Source of the DNA: Candidatus Gastranaerophilales bacterium
GTDB lineage: Bacteria; Cyanobacteriota; Vampirovibrionia; Gastranaerophilales; Gastranaerophilaceae
DNA length: 64,000 nucleotides
Direction of reading: 5' to 3'
Assembly (NCBI GenBank): GCA_944325655.1
Contig: CALVAW010000001.1
Span: forward strand, 80,651-144,650
Shown: piece by piece, positions 1-9,350 of the stretch
Layout of the letters: each line of letters opens with the position of its first letter
Numbering within the stretch: the stretch's first letter is position 1
The notes under the pieces: generated by a model
The model's input: the letters and a program-made list of their open reading frames with translations, nothing else
Database searches by the model: none
What the model was told of the DNA's origin: nothing
Program-made: the position numbers and the translations under genes

Positions 1-2
1 TA

Positions 3-866
3 AATCAAATTAAATTTAATAATTTAAAAATCTCTAAAAAACAAACTCATAAAACGGTTTTTTCAAACAAGCAAGACTGCTTTTGTAAAAGCTCCGAAGC
101 AACCGAAAGAAAAACAAATATTTCTTTCACAAACAAATTTTATACGAACAAGCCCCAAAAAAGAGTTGCACTAAAGCCGGACGTGCAAACCTATATTCAC
201 CACCTTGCAGAATCAGAAAACCCGGATTCTTTAAAAGAACTGATTGTTTTATCCGCATTTGTGCCTGAAACATTAAAAGAGCTTATTTTAGAAAAAAATG
301 CATATAATCTAACCCCTGTAGCAATAGCAGCAAAATCAAAATATAAAGGCACCGAAAAACTTACTATTTTTGAACAAATTTCATCCAAAGAATTTAAAAA
401 AGCAATAATTGCAAAGGATATATTTGGATTCACTCCTCTGACTTATGCTATAAAATCTCAAAAAGATGAAATAAAAAAACTTAAATTTATGGCAAAAAAG
501 GCTCCAAAAGAATTCAAACAAGCAATGCTAATGGAAGATACTTTCGGTTGCCGGCCTATTGATTATGTGGGTTTAAGCAAACAAAACGGAGCAGAAATAC
601 TGCAAATTATGGCAGATGTCGCACCTGATGAATTTAAAAAAGCAATAATTTTACAAGACAATCTGAATTATACCCCCACGGCACACATGGCTTGGGCTAA
701 ATTCGAAGGAGCAAAGAAACTGGAAGCAATTGCAAAAAATGCGCCCGAAGAATTTATTATGTCATTAAATATAAGCAACAATAAAGGCGAAAATCCTATT
801 AGACTTGCAGCGCTTTCTCCTTATGACAGTAGTGAAAAACTACAAATCATATCTCAATATTCATAA
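3..866 (+). CDS. 40-aa ankyrin-like repeat protein, paralog 1 of 3, 5' end cut by window edge
   Basis: Frame is open from nt 3 to the stop at 864-866. The track ORF 183..866 starts at GTG only because no ATG lies in-window. Upstream in-frame residues NQIKFNNLKISKKQT align with MKILPIKFNNTSKQT of the 2205..3131 paralog. About five modules carry xPxEFKxA and G/N-x-TP motifs. Confidence 0.6.
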   Translation, partial: NQIKFNNLKISKKQTHKTVFSNKQDCFCKSSEATERKTNISFTNKFYTNKPQKRVALKPDVQTYIHHLAESENPDSLKELIVLSAFVPETLKELILEKNAYNLTPVAIAAKSKYKGTEKLTIFEQISSKEFKKAIIAKDIFGFTPLTYAIKSQKDEIKKLKFMAKKAPKEFKQAMLMEDTFGCRPIDYVGLSKQNGAEILQIMADVAPDEFKKAIILQDNLNYTPTAHMAWAKFEGAKKLEAIAKNAPEEFIMSLNISNNKGENPIRLAALSPYDSSEKLQIISQYS

Positions 867-938
867 ATTAAAAAATAATAAGAAAAATTAATTTTTTTAA
901 ATTTTATTTCAAATTAACTGCTAATTTATAATTATTAA

Positions 939-946
939 TGTATAAT
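939..946 (+). promoter_or_regulatory. extended -10 promoter (TGTATAAT) for the second repeat-protein gene
   Basis: TG-n-TATAAT at 939-946, SD GAGAGG at 958-963, ATG at 972. No good -35, which extended -10 promoters tolerate. Confidence 0.4.
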
Positions 947-971
947 TTTTTTAATAAGAGAGGTAAAATTT

Positions 972-2201
972 ATGAAAATAATACCGGTTAGATTAATTCA
1001 ATTCTACAAAAAAGACTACAATACGCAATTACAAACAAAAAATTCAAGCACAGCCACAAACCCCTTGAACATAAATGATATCTCCTTTAAAGCAAATGCA
1101 AATAAGGATAAAAACAAAGAAATAATAAATCGATACAAAGCAACCGTCTCGGACCTGTTAAAAAGGTATCTTGCAAGTCAAGATAAAGATAACAACACGC
1201 TGCTGCATAAAAAAACAGGACAAAAAAATCCTGATATAAACGAAATTAAAATTTATGCAAAATTAGCACCGGCTGAATTTAAAAAAGCAACTCTTTTAAG
1301 AAACAACAATGGTTTTACACCGCTTGCGATATTAGCTGCAAGAAAAGATGAAATGTTTGAAATGTTCAAACTGTTCTCAAAAGTAGCTCCAGATGAATTT
1401 AAGAAAGCAATGATAATTCCAAACAATTGGAGACGTACACCCCTTGCAATAGCACTCAATACTAAAAAAGGAACAAAAGCGGTAGAATTAATGGCAAAAG
1501 TTGCACCTGATGAATTTAAATTAGCAACCGCTTTAATGGATAATGACAAATTTACACCGCTCACAATTGCATCAAAAAGTGAATATAAAGGCGCAAGAAA
1601 GCTTGAAATTCTTGCAAGCGCCGCACCTGATGAATTTAAAAAAGCTTTATTATTCAAAGACAACCTCGAATATAACCCAGTTTTCTACATGGCAATATCT
1701 GAATATGATGCAATTGGAAAATTAAAAACTGCATACGAATATGCACCTGAAGAATTTAAAAAAGCTCTCACTGCGCAAAACAAACTTGGACTAACACCCA
1801 TAGCACTTGCAGCATCAACAAGTCAAAAAAACGTAGAAGTCCTGCGCTTTATAGCTCAATGTGCACCTGAAGAATTTAAAAAAGCAATATCTACACAAGA
1901 TGTATGCGGATACACACCTTTAAATAATGCAATTGATGATCAAATATACGGAAATAAAAAATTAGAACTAATGGCAAAAGCTGCACCCGATGAATTTAAA
2001 AAAGCTATAATGCTTCCGGATAATAACGGTAATAACATAGTAGAATACGCATATAATAAAAATCAAAACAACATCAAAAAATTAATTATAATAGCAAAAG
2101 CAGCGCCTGATGAATTTAAAAAACAAGCGAGCAAAATAACCGTTGAAAAAGGTAACACCTTATATGAAAAAGTAATGAAAGCAATATCTGAAGAAAAATA
2201 A
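972..2201 (+). CDS. 40-aa ankyrin-like repeat protein, paralog 2 (about 8 modules)
   Basis: 409-aa ORF with SD. Repeated AP(D/E)EFKKA ... G-x-TPL-x-x-A ... KLE modules. No hydrophobic signal peptide. Confidence 0.8.
   Translation: MKIIPVRLIQFYKKDYNTQLQTKNSSTATNPLNINDISFKANANKDKNKEIINRYKATVSDLLKRYLASQDKDNNTLLHKKTGQKNPDINEIKIYAKLAPAEFKKATLLRNNNGFTPLAILAARKDEMFEMFKLFSKVAPDEFKKAMIIPNNWRRTPLAIALNTKKGTKAVELMAKVAPDEFKLATALMDNDKFTPLTIASKSEYKGARKLEILASAAPDEFKKALLFKDNLEYNPVFYMAISEYDAIGKLKTAYEYAPEEFKKALTAQNKLGLTPIALAASTSQKNVEVLRFIAQCAPEEFKKAISTQDVCGYTPLNNAIDDQIYGNKKLELMAKAAPDEFKKAIMLPDNNGNNIVEYAYNKNQNNIKKLIIIAKAAPDEFKKQASKITVEKGNTLYEKVMKAISEEK
1266..2125 (+). repeat. in-frame tandem coding repeat, period 120 nt (one unit 117 nt)
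   Basis: Motif GCNCCNGNNGAATTTAA starts at 1266, 1386, 1503, 1623, 1743, 1863, 1983 and 2103. Confidence 0.85.
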
Positions 2202-2204
2202 AAA

Positions 2205-3131
2205 ATGAAAATATTACCAATAAAATTTAATAATACAAGCAAACAAACAATTTTTAAAAATAATATTTTTTTTAAAAACAGCAGGTTACAGTTTGCAAAA
2301 AATACAAATTATGAAACAGTCTATATGGGTCAAAGCTATATACATAAATTAGCATTTTCCGAAAATGAATCATCAGCTCGAGAGCTTGAATATATAGCAG
2401 AAGTCAATCCTGAAAAAATTAAAAAGGCTCTTTTAACAAAAAACAGATATTACGACACCCCTCTATCTATAGCTGCAAGCAGCATTTTTGAAGGAGCAAA
2501 AAAAATCAGAATATTATCACAAGCAGCTCCGGATGAAGTTAAAAAAGCCGTTACAATAAACAACTGCAATGGCGACAACCCAATAACCATAGCTGTAAAA
2601 ACAAAATACGACGGAGCTGAGAAATTAAAATGCCTTGCAATGTTTGCAAAAAAAGAAATTAAAAAAATGATAAATTCAACAGATTTTGAAAAAAATACTC
2701 TTCTTTTGTGGGCAACAACAACTCCGGACGGAGCGAGAAAAATAAGGATTTTATCAACAATTGCTCCTAAGGAATCAAGCTTAGCTCTTTTAACAAAAAA
2801 TAAAGACGGAAATACCCCTTTTTCAATGGCAGCATTTTCAAGCACAAACGGCGCGAAAAAAATAAAAGCACTTGCAATGCTGGGTCCCAAACAAGTAAAA
2901 CAAGCAATTTTTATACCGAATAAATATGGTGAAACACCTTTAACTATAGCAATAAAAAGTCCTTACGACGGAGCTGAGAAAGTAAAAGCATTAGCGGCAA
3001 TAGATTTAAGAGAAATGAAAAAAGCAATTTTAACACCGGATAAAGACGGCAAAACGCCTTTGGATTTAGCAAACCAAACCGAATTCAATAAAAAAGAAAA
3101 AATACAAGCTCTGGAAGAAATACTGAAATAA
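2205..3131 (+). CDS. 40-aa ankyrin-like repeat protein, paralog 3 (more diverged modules)
   Basis: 308-aa ORF starting 3 nt after the previous stop. Modules such as AAPDEVKKAVTINNCNGDNPITIAVKTKYDGAEKLKCLAMF (40 aa) repeat 6-7 times. Confidence 0.8.
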   Translation: MKILPIKFNNTSKQTIFKNNIFFKNSRLQFAKNTNYETVYMGQSYIHKLAFSENESSARELEYIAEVNPEKIKKALLTKNRYYDTPLSIAASSIFEGAKKIRILSQAAPDEVKKAVTINNCNGDNPITIAVKTKYDGAEKLKCLAMFAKKEIKKMINSTDFEKNTLLLWATTTPDGARKIRILSTIAPKESSLALLTKNKDGNTPFSMAAFSSTNGAKKIKALAMLGPKQVKQAIFIPNKYGETPLTIAIKSPYDGAEKVKALAAIDLREMKKAILTPDKDGKTPLDLANQTEFNKKEKIQALEEILK

Positions 3132-3312
3132 AACATTAATATATTTATTAAAATTCTCGCTTTGTAACTAATTGTAACAAAAAATATTAGTGTAGCAATT
3201 TTTACTCAAATATATACTTTATATATATGTAAGACATAAATACCTCCCCCCTGCATAGTATTTTTAAACACACTAACCTTTCTAACACAAGAATTATTAA
3301 AAAGATTTTAAA

Positions 3313-3339
3313 CCCTCAAATTATTGAGGGCTTTTTTTT
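3313..3339 (+). terminator. rho-independent terminator
   Basis: CCCTCAA-atta-TTGAGGG followed by C and T8. Lies 180 nt after the stop at 3131. Confidence 0.7.
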
Positions 3340-3398
3340 ACTTAAAAGCTTAATTTTATAATATAATTAAATAAAACAATGCTTTTAAGGAATATTTA

Positions 3399-4736
3399 AT
3401 GAAAAAAAGAACAACCGAACTGAAAATTGAAAATAAAACAGAATTAGAATTAATGAGACATTATAAAGAACTGTCAGATAAAAATTTTTGTATAGAAAAA
3501 GGTTTTTATCCGCTAGGCTCATGCACTATGAAATATAACCCCAGAATAAATGAATGGGCAGCCAAATTGGAAAATTTCAGCCGGCTGCACCCAAATCAAC
3601 CTGATGAGGATTGTCAAGGTGCGCTCAAATTAATGTATGACCTGCAAAATTTTCTAAAAATAATAACCGGAATGGATGAAATATCACTTCAACCTTGTGC
3701 CGGAGCACATGGCGAATTTTCAGGAATGATGGTAATTAAAAAATATTTTGAATCTCAAAAAGATAAAAGAAAAAAAGTTATAATACCTGATAATGCACAT
3801 GGAACAAACCCCGCAAGCGCCGCTATGTGCGGATTTGAAATAATAGAAGTAAAATCAAACGAAAAAGGATTAGTGGATATAAATGCTCTTGAGAAAATTA
3901 TAAACGAACATTCATCAAATATTGCCGCAATAATGATGACAAATCCGAATACACTCGGACTATTTGATGACAATATCTTAAAGATATCCGAAATAATGCA
4001 CAAAAACGGTTCTCTTTTATACTACGACGGAGCGAATTATAACGCTATAATGGGATTAACAAATCCCAAACTGATGGGGTTTGACGTTGTACACTTAAAT
4101 TTACATAAAACCTTCTCAACACCGCACGCAGGAGGAGGTCCCGGCTCAGGACCCATAGGTGTTACCAAAAAATTAGCGCCTTACTTACCCATTCCAAGAA
4201 TTGAATATACAAACAATAAATACATAAGAAATTACAATTACCCTGAAAGCATAGGAAAAGTTTCTACATTTTTCGGTAACTTTAATGTATTAATTAAAGC
4301 ATACAATTATATATACATGATGGGTAAATCACTAAAAAATGTATCACAAGATGCAATTTTATCCGCAAATTATCTAAAGGAAAGTTTAAAAAACGACTAT
4401 AAAATTCCCTTTAAGCAACATTGTGCGCATGAATTTGTTATAGACAATTCCGATAAAAAAGAAAAACACGTCTCAACTTTAGATATAGCAAAAAGACTAA
4501 TGGATGAAAACATACACCCTGCAACTATATATTTTCCCCTGATTGTTCATGAAGCATTTATGGTGGAACCTACGGAATCTGAAACAAAAAAAGTTTTAGA
4601 TAATTTTATCAACGTTATGAAAAAAATTGCACAAGAAATAGAAAATCAAGAAAATTTTGACTTATATCCTAAAAAAACGCCCGTAACAAGAATTGATGAG
4701 GTGCTCGCAGCCAGACACCCCGATTTAAAAGAATAA
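3399..4736 (+). CDS. gcvPB: glycine dehydrogenase (decarboxylating) subunit 2
   Basis: GSCTMKYNP, AHGTNPASA, HLNLHKTFSTPHAGGGPG (PLP-Lys region), typical of the P-protein C-terminal subunit. Confidence 0.9.
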   Translation: MKKRTTELKIENKTELELMRHYKELSDKNFCIEKGFYPLGSCTMKYNPRINEWAAKLENFSRLHPNQPDEDCQGALKLMYDLQNFLKIITGMDEISLQPCAGAHGEFSGMMVIKKYFESQKDKRKKVIIPDNAHGTNPASAAMCGFEIIEVKSNEKGLVDINALEKIINEHSSNIAAIMMTNPNTLGLFDDNILKISEIMHKNGSLLYYDGANYNAIMGLTNPKLMGFDVVHLNLHKTFSTPHAGGGPGSGPIGVTKKLAPYLPIPRIEYTNNKYIRNYNYPESIGKVSTFFGNFNVLIKAYNYIYMMGKSLKNVSQDAILSANYLKESLKNDYKIPFKQHCAHEFVIDNSDKKEKHVSTLDIAKRLMDENIHPATIYFPLIVHEAFMVEPTESETKKVLDNFINVMKKIAQEIENQENFDLYPKKTPVTRIDEVLAARHPDLKE

Positions 4737-4738
4737 TT

Positions 4739-5788
4739 ATGAATTTAAAAACATCAGATTTTGACTACAATCTTCCAAAAGAACTTATAGCGCAAAATCC
4801 TCTTGAAAAAAGAGAATTTTGCAAAATGATGGTGCTCGACAAAACTTCCAAAGAAATAAAAAACAAATATTTTTATGACATTACAGATTATCTTAAAAAA
4901 GATGATATTCTTGTTTTAAACGACACAAAAGTTTATCCTGCAAGAGTTATTGCTAAAAGAAAAACAGGAGCATCAGTTGAAATTTTTCTGTTAAACCCGA
5001 CTAATATTGAAAACCAATGGGAAGCTTTGACAAAAAACGCAAAAAGAGTAAAACAAGGTGAAATATTAGAAGTTGAAGACGACTTTGAAATTAAAATTAT
5101 TGAAAAAAAGCCCACATCTAATGAAAATGAAATACCAAAATATGTGGTGGAACTGATTTATAGCGAAAGCAATATATATGAAACACTTAATAAATACGGT
5201 TCAATTCCCCTGCCGCCTTATATTTCAAGAAAGGCAACAAAACAAGATTTTAAAGATTACCAAACCGTATTTGCAAAAAATATAGGCTCTGCAGCCTGTC
5301 CTACAGCCGGATTACACTTTACTGAAGAATTGCTCCAAAAAATAAAGGCAAAAGGCGTAAAAATTGCATATATAACGTTAAATGTAGGTCTTGGAACATT
5401 TATGCCCGTTAAAACCGAAAATATTGAAGAACATAAAATGCATTATGAAAATTTCGAAATCCCTCTTGAAACTCAACAACTTTTTGAGCAAAACAAAAAA
5501 GGATCAATAATTGCGGTCGGTACAACAGTATTAAGATGCCTTGAAGCAACATATCAAAAATACGGAAAAATCATTGCAACCAAAGACACTACAAATATTT
5601 TTATCTACCCCCCATACAAAATTAAATCAATAGATAAACTTATAACAAACTTTCACCTGCCAAAATCTACATTAATCATGCTAATTAGCGCTTTTGCAGG
5701 AAAAGAGTTTACATTTAAAGCATATAAAAAAGCAGTAGAAGATAAATATCGATTTTTCAGCTATGGCGATTGTATGTTGATTTATTAA
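4739..5788 (+). CDS. queA: S-adenosylmethionine:tRNA ribosyltransferase-isomerase
   Basis: N-terminal FDYNLPKELIAQNPLEKRE, GSIPLPPYI, AAPTAGLHFT, VGTTVLR, FFSYGDCMLI. Confidence 0.9.
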   Translation: MNLKTSDFDYNLPKELIAQNPLEKREFCKMMVLDKTSKEIKNKYFYDITDYLKKDDILVLNDTKVYPARVIAKRKTGASVEIFLLNPTNIENQWEALTKNAKRVKQGEILEVEDDFEIKIIEKKPTSNENEIPKYVVELIYSESNIYETLNKYGSIPLPPYISRKATKQDFKDYQTVFAKNIGSAACPTAGLHFTEELLQKIKAKGVKIAYITLNVGLGTFMPVKTENIEEHKMHYENFEIPLETQQLFEQNKKGSIIAVGTTVLRCLEATYQKYGKIIATKDTTNIFIYPPYKIKSIDKLITNFHLPKSTLIMLISAFAGKEFTFKAYKKAVEDKYRFFSYGDCMLIY

Positions 5789-5823
5789 TAATTCATAATA
5801 TAATCAAATAGGAGGGTTTTTTT

Positions 5824-6549
5824 ATGGAAAAATTGGAAAAATTTCAAGTTCTTATTTCTTGTTTAATAATTGTTGCCGGTTTGCTTTTAATATCAATGAT
5901 TTTTGCTTCAAGAATACCAAAAAATGAAAATATAACAGTAACAGGTTCCGCATATAAAATTGTTAAATCAGACAAGGCTAAATTGGGCTTTGAAATACAA
6001 TCAAAGGCAAAAACTCAAAAAGAAGCTTATTCTATAATAAAAACACAATATCCTGAAGTTATAAAATATTTATCAAACAAAGGAATTGAAGAAAAAAATA
6101 TTGAAATCAAACCCTTAAACAGTTATTACACATACAAAACAGGTGCAAACGGTTATTCAACAAATGAAATTGCATACTATAACGCATCTAAAGAAATAGA
6201 AATAACTTCTGATGATGTTGAAAAAATAAAGGAAATTTCAACCGACATTCAAAACCTTACAGATAAAGGTATAATTTTATCAATATACAGACCGGAATAT
6301 TTTTATTCGGATTTAGCCTCTATAAAAATTGACCTGCTAAAAGAAGCAACACTTGATGCAAAACAAAGAGCAGACTCAATGCTTAAAGCGGCAGGCGCAA
6401 AAGTAGGAAAAGTAAAACAAATGCGAATGGGTGTATTTCAAATAACTCCTCCTGATAGCACTATGGTATCCGATATGGGTGTAAATGACACCACTACAAT
6501 TGAAAAAAAGGTTACTGCAGTTGCAAATATTGTATTTAAGGTCAAATAA
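5824..6549 (+). CDS. SIMPL/DUF541-like membrane-anchored protein
   Basis: N-terminal TM anchor; length and C-terminal GVFQITPP...VTAVANIVFKV pattern resemble the SIMPL (BP26-like) family. By-eye call. Confidence 0.5.
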   Translation: MEKLEKFQVLISCLIIVAGLLLISMIFASRIPKNENITVTGSAYKIVKSDKAKLGFEIQSKAKTQKEAYSIIKTQYPEVIKYLSNKGIEEKNIEIKPLNSYYTYKTGANGYSTNEIAYYNASKEIEITSDDVEKIKEISTDIQNLTDKGIILSIYRPEYFYSDLASIKIDLLKEATLDAKQRADSMLKAAGAKVGKVKQMRMGVFQITPPDSTMVSDMGVNDTTTIEKKVTAVANIVFKVK

Positions 6550-6554
6550 AACTT

Positions 6555-7115
6555 ATGAATGAAAAAACAAAAATGCTTAAAGGCGAATTGTATTCATATA
6601 ATGATGAAGAACTTATCAGAGACAGAACAAAGTGTAAAACCCTGTGCTTTGAATACAATAGCACAAATTTTTTTGAAGTAGAAAAAAGAACAGAACTGCT
6701 AAAAAAAATTTTAGGCAAAGTCGGCTCTAATTGCCTTGTAGAACAAACATTTCAATGCGATTACGGATATAATATTGAAATAGGAGACAATTTTTACTCT
6801 AATCACAATTTAATGATTCTTGATTGCGCAAAGGTAACATTCGGGGATAATGTCCTCATTGGACCAAATTGTTCTTTTTTCACTCCGGAACATCCTGTAG
6901 ATGTCAAAACAAGAAACAGCGGTGTAGAATATGCTCTTGAAATAAAAGTCGGCTCAAACGTCTGGTTTGGGGGAAACGTTACCGTTTTATCAGGAGTAAC
7001 AATCGGAGATAATTCCATAATAGGAGCCGGAAGCGTAGTAACAAAAGACGTTCCGTCAAATGTAATCGTCGCAGGCAATCCCGCAAAAATAATTAAAACA
7101 TTAAACAATAATTAA
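6555..7115 (+). CDS. maa: maltose/galactoside O-acetyltransferase (hexapeptide repeat)
   Basis: MLKGELYSYNDEEL N-terminal Mac domain, then left-handed beta-helix hexapeptides (IGDNVLIGPN, VGSNVWFGGNVTVLSGVTIGDNSIIGAGSVV). Confidence 0.8.
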   Translation: MNEKTKMLKGELYSYNDEELIRDRTKCKTLCFEYNSTNFFEVEKRTELLKKILGKVGSNCLVEQTFQCDYGYNIEIGDNFYSNHNLMILDCAKVTFGDNVLIGPNCSFFTPEHPVDVKTRNSGVEYALEIKVGSNVWFGGNVTVLSGVTIGDNSIIGAGSVVTKDVPSNVIVAGNPAKIIKTLNNN

Positions 7116-9224
7116 CTACATACCGGGAAGCGGCACACTTGTATTTAATGCTTTCTCGTCGTCATATTCAATTAATTCAGGTTTTGAAGTTTCGAAGACC
7201 TGTTTTTGCTTTTGAGGTTTTAAAGGCTTTATTTGCTGCAACTGATTTTGTGTTGTATTTTGAACCTGCGGAACAGGAGCAACAACACCCGAAGGAACAG
7301 AACTTGTTTCATCCTCTGATTCATCAACTGTTTCATCCACGTCTTCAATCTTCACAGGACTGAGAGAATTTGAACCGTTCATTTTCGGATAATCAAACAC
7401 ACTTTGAGGAAAGTTTTGAATTGCAACCTTCATGTATTCTGCAAAAACTCTTGCAGGCATAGCCCCGCCGGTAATGCCCGGAAGTTTTGAATTATTATCA
7501 TTACCTACCCATACCCCTGTTACAATATCCGGAGTATAACCTACAAACCAAGCATCTCTGTAATCATTTGTCGTTCCGGTTTTTCCTGCAACATTTTGAG
7601 CAATATTAGCAGCCTTCCCCGTACCGACTTCTACAACTTTTCTTAACATATATGTCATGCCTGCAGCGGTTTCAAAGTTAATAACTTTAACTATTTTTGG
7701 TCCGGAATTTTCATATATGGTTACGCCTCGAGAATTTTCAACTCGTTCCACACAATAAGGACGCACTCTGAAACCGCCGTTTGCAAATGCTCCGTATGCG
7801 ACAACCATATCATATAACTTTACACCGTTTGAACCTAATGCTATAGTCATATCGCTTGCCAATGGTGTTGTAATACCCATTTCTCTGGCAGTTTGAATAA
7901 CCGCATCAACACCGGATTTTTTAATCAACCTAACTGCAGCAACATTTGAAGATATTGCCAAAGCCTGCCATATAGTAATTTTGCCTCTATATTTTTTTCC
8001 GTAATTTTTAGGGGTCCAATCTTGAATTGTTAAAGGCGTATCTTCTATAGTATCATCTACGCCGACACCTTGTTGTAAAGCAGTAGCATACACAAAAGGT
8101 TTAAAAGACGAGCCTGACGGTCTTATTGCTTTCGTTACTCTGTCATATTGGCTCTGTTCATAATTTTTGCCGCCTATATAAGCATATATTCTCCCTGTGG
8201 TAGGTGAGAAAGAAAATAAAGCTATCTGATTTGCAGGCTTTGTAAGACCCGCCTTTGTCAAGGCATTTTGGATGGCATTTTGTGCAGCGTTTTGAGATTT
8301 ATAATCAAGCGTAGTATATATTTTTAATCCGCCTTGCGAAATCTCTTGCTCCTCAAAGCCTATATTTTTTAATTCATTTAAAACAAAATCTATATAGTAC
8401 GGCGCTTTATTGTACGAATAGATGCGGGGCTTATTTGATAAGTGCAGCCCCTCCTTTTGAGCTGCGAGCATTTGTTCTTGTGTTATATACTTATTCCTAT
8501 ACATCCTTCTCAAGACTTGATTTCTTCTTTTTAATCCGGCTTTTTGGTTTGCAAAAGGCGAATATATAGAAGGAGCCTGGGGCAACCCTGCAATCAAAGC
8601 TTGCTCTGCCAGAGTCAGCTGTGATAAATCTTTATCAAAAAATGTTCTTGCTGCAGAAGAAACACCATATACACCCGAACCAAGATATACTGAATTCAAG
8701 TACATTTCAAGTATTTCATCTTTTGAAATTGTTTTTTCTATTCTGTGAGCTATAATTAATTCTTTAATTTTTCTGTCAAACGTACGTTCGTTTGATAAAA
8801 ACAAAATCCTTGCAAGCTGCTGTGTTATTGTAGAGCCGCCTTGTTTAACTTCTCCGGATGCTATATTTGTAATAGTAGAGCGCAGCATGCCCATAGTATC
8901 AAAGCCTCTATGATGATAAAAATTTTTATCTTCAGTAGCAATAACCGCCTCTTTTAAATACTTTGGTATGTTATTTATTGAAACTTTTTCAAATTTAAAC
9001 GCAGTGAATGTTTTTATCACTTCACCATCCGCAGAATATATTGTTGTAACAGGGTTTGGTTTTATATCCTCAAAATTTGATATTGGCGGAAGAGAAGCTA
9101 AATAAATATTAAAAGCTGCAATTGCAGCCAGCATAGCAGAAACGCCCATAGAAAAAAGACATAAAAAAATATTACGCTTTTTAGGTCCTCTCTTTGTAAC
9201 TCTTTTTCTTCTAACACTATTCAT
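7116..9224 (-). CDS. class A penicillin-binding protein (GT51 transglycosylase + transpeptidase)
   Basis: EDKNFYHHRGFD and GGSTITQQLAR (GT51); SSFKPF (SxxK), SSN, KTGTT (transpeptidase); N-terminal TM; acidic/Gln-rich low-complexity C-terminal tail. Confidence 0.9.
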   Translation of the reverse strand: MNSVRRKRVTKRGPKKRNIFLCLFSMGVSAMLAAIAAFNIYLASLPPISNFEDIKPNPVTTIYSADGEVIKTFTAFKFEKVSINNIPKYLKEAVIATEDKNFYHHRGFDTMGMLRSTITNIASGEVKQGGSTITQQLARILFLSNERTFDRKIKELIIAHRIEKTISKDEILEMYLNSVYLGSGVYGVSSAARTFFDKDLSQLTLAEQALIAGLPQAPSIYSPFANQKAGLKRRNQVLRRMYRNKYITQEQMLAAQKEGLHLSNKPRIYSYNKAPYYIDFVLNELKNIGFEEQEISQGGLKIYTTLDYKSQNAAQNAIQNALTKAGLTKPANQIALFSFSPTTGRIYAYIGGKNYEQSQYDRVTKAIRPSGSSFKPFVYATALQQGVGVDDTIEDTPLTIQDWTPKNYGKKYRGKITIWQALAISSNVAAVRLIKKSGVDAVIQTAREMGITTPLASDMTIALGSNGVKLYDMVVAYGAFANGGFRVRPYCVERVENSRGVTIYENSGPKIVKVINFETAAGMTYMLRKVVEVGTGKAANIAQNVAGKTGTTNDYRDAWFVGYTPDIVTGVWVGNDNNSKLPGITGGAMPARVFAEYMKVAIQNFPQSVFDYPKMNGSNSLSPVKIEDVDETVDESEDETSSVPSGVVAPVPQVQNTTQNQLQQIKPLKPQKQKQVFETSKPELIEYDDEKALNTSVPLPGM

Positions 9225-9302
9225 AGCAACATATTATAGCAAAAAGTAAAAGTTGCAATATTAAGAGATTAAAACTAATAAAATTTTAACAATTAGTTAA
9301 AT

Positions 9303-9333
9303 AAAAACTGCCCTCTTAAATAGAGGGCAGTTT
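9303..9333 (-). terminator. rho-independent terminator after the SLH gene (usable in both directions)
   Basis: CTGCCCTCT-taaat-AGAGGGCAG flanked by A5 on one side and T3 on the other. On the minus strand the hairpin is followed by TTTTT. Confidence 0.7.
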
Positions 9334-9350
9334 AAATATTATTAACATTA

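Noticed and set aside
1266-2125. The regular 120-nt periodicity as a CRISPR array or non-coding tandem repeat.
   Set aside because: The period is in-frame with a 409-aa ORF. There is no repeat/spacer alternation (the whole unit is conserved at protein level) and no cas genes or leader.
1253-2890. Long antisense ORFs inside the repeat genes (1253..1663, 2450..2890). Similar shadows occur elsewhere: 13912..14352, 15250..15708, 18209..18580, 19378..19734, 48005..48463 and 63311..63751.
   Set aside because: Each lies entirely within, and antisense to, a longer ORF with recognisable motifs. Their translations are low-complexity with no SD or motifs. These are typical shadow ORFs of AT-rich or repetitive coding DNA.
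3132-3398. A glycine riboswitch upstream of gcvPB.
   Set aside because: I could not find the conserved GGAGAG...CACCG...GGGGCAA-type cores. A terminator with no alternative antiterminator pairing is all that is visible.
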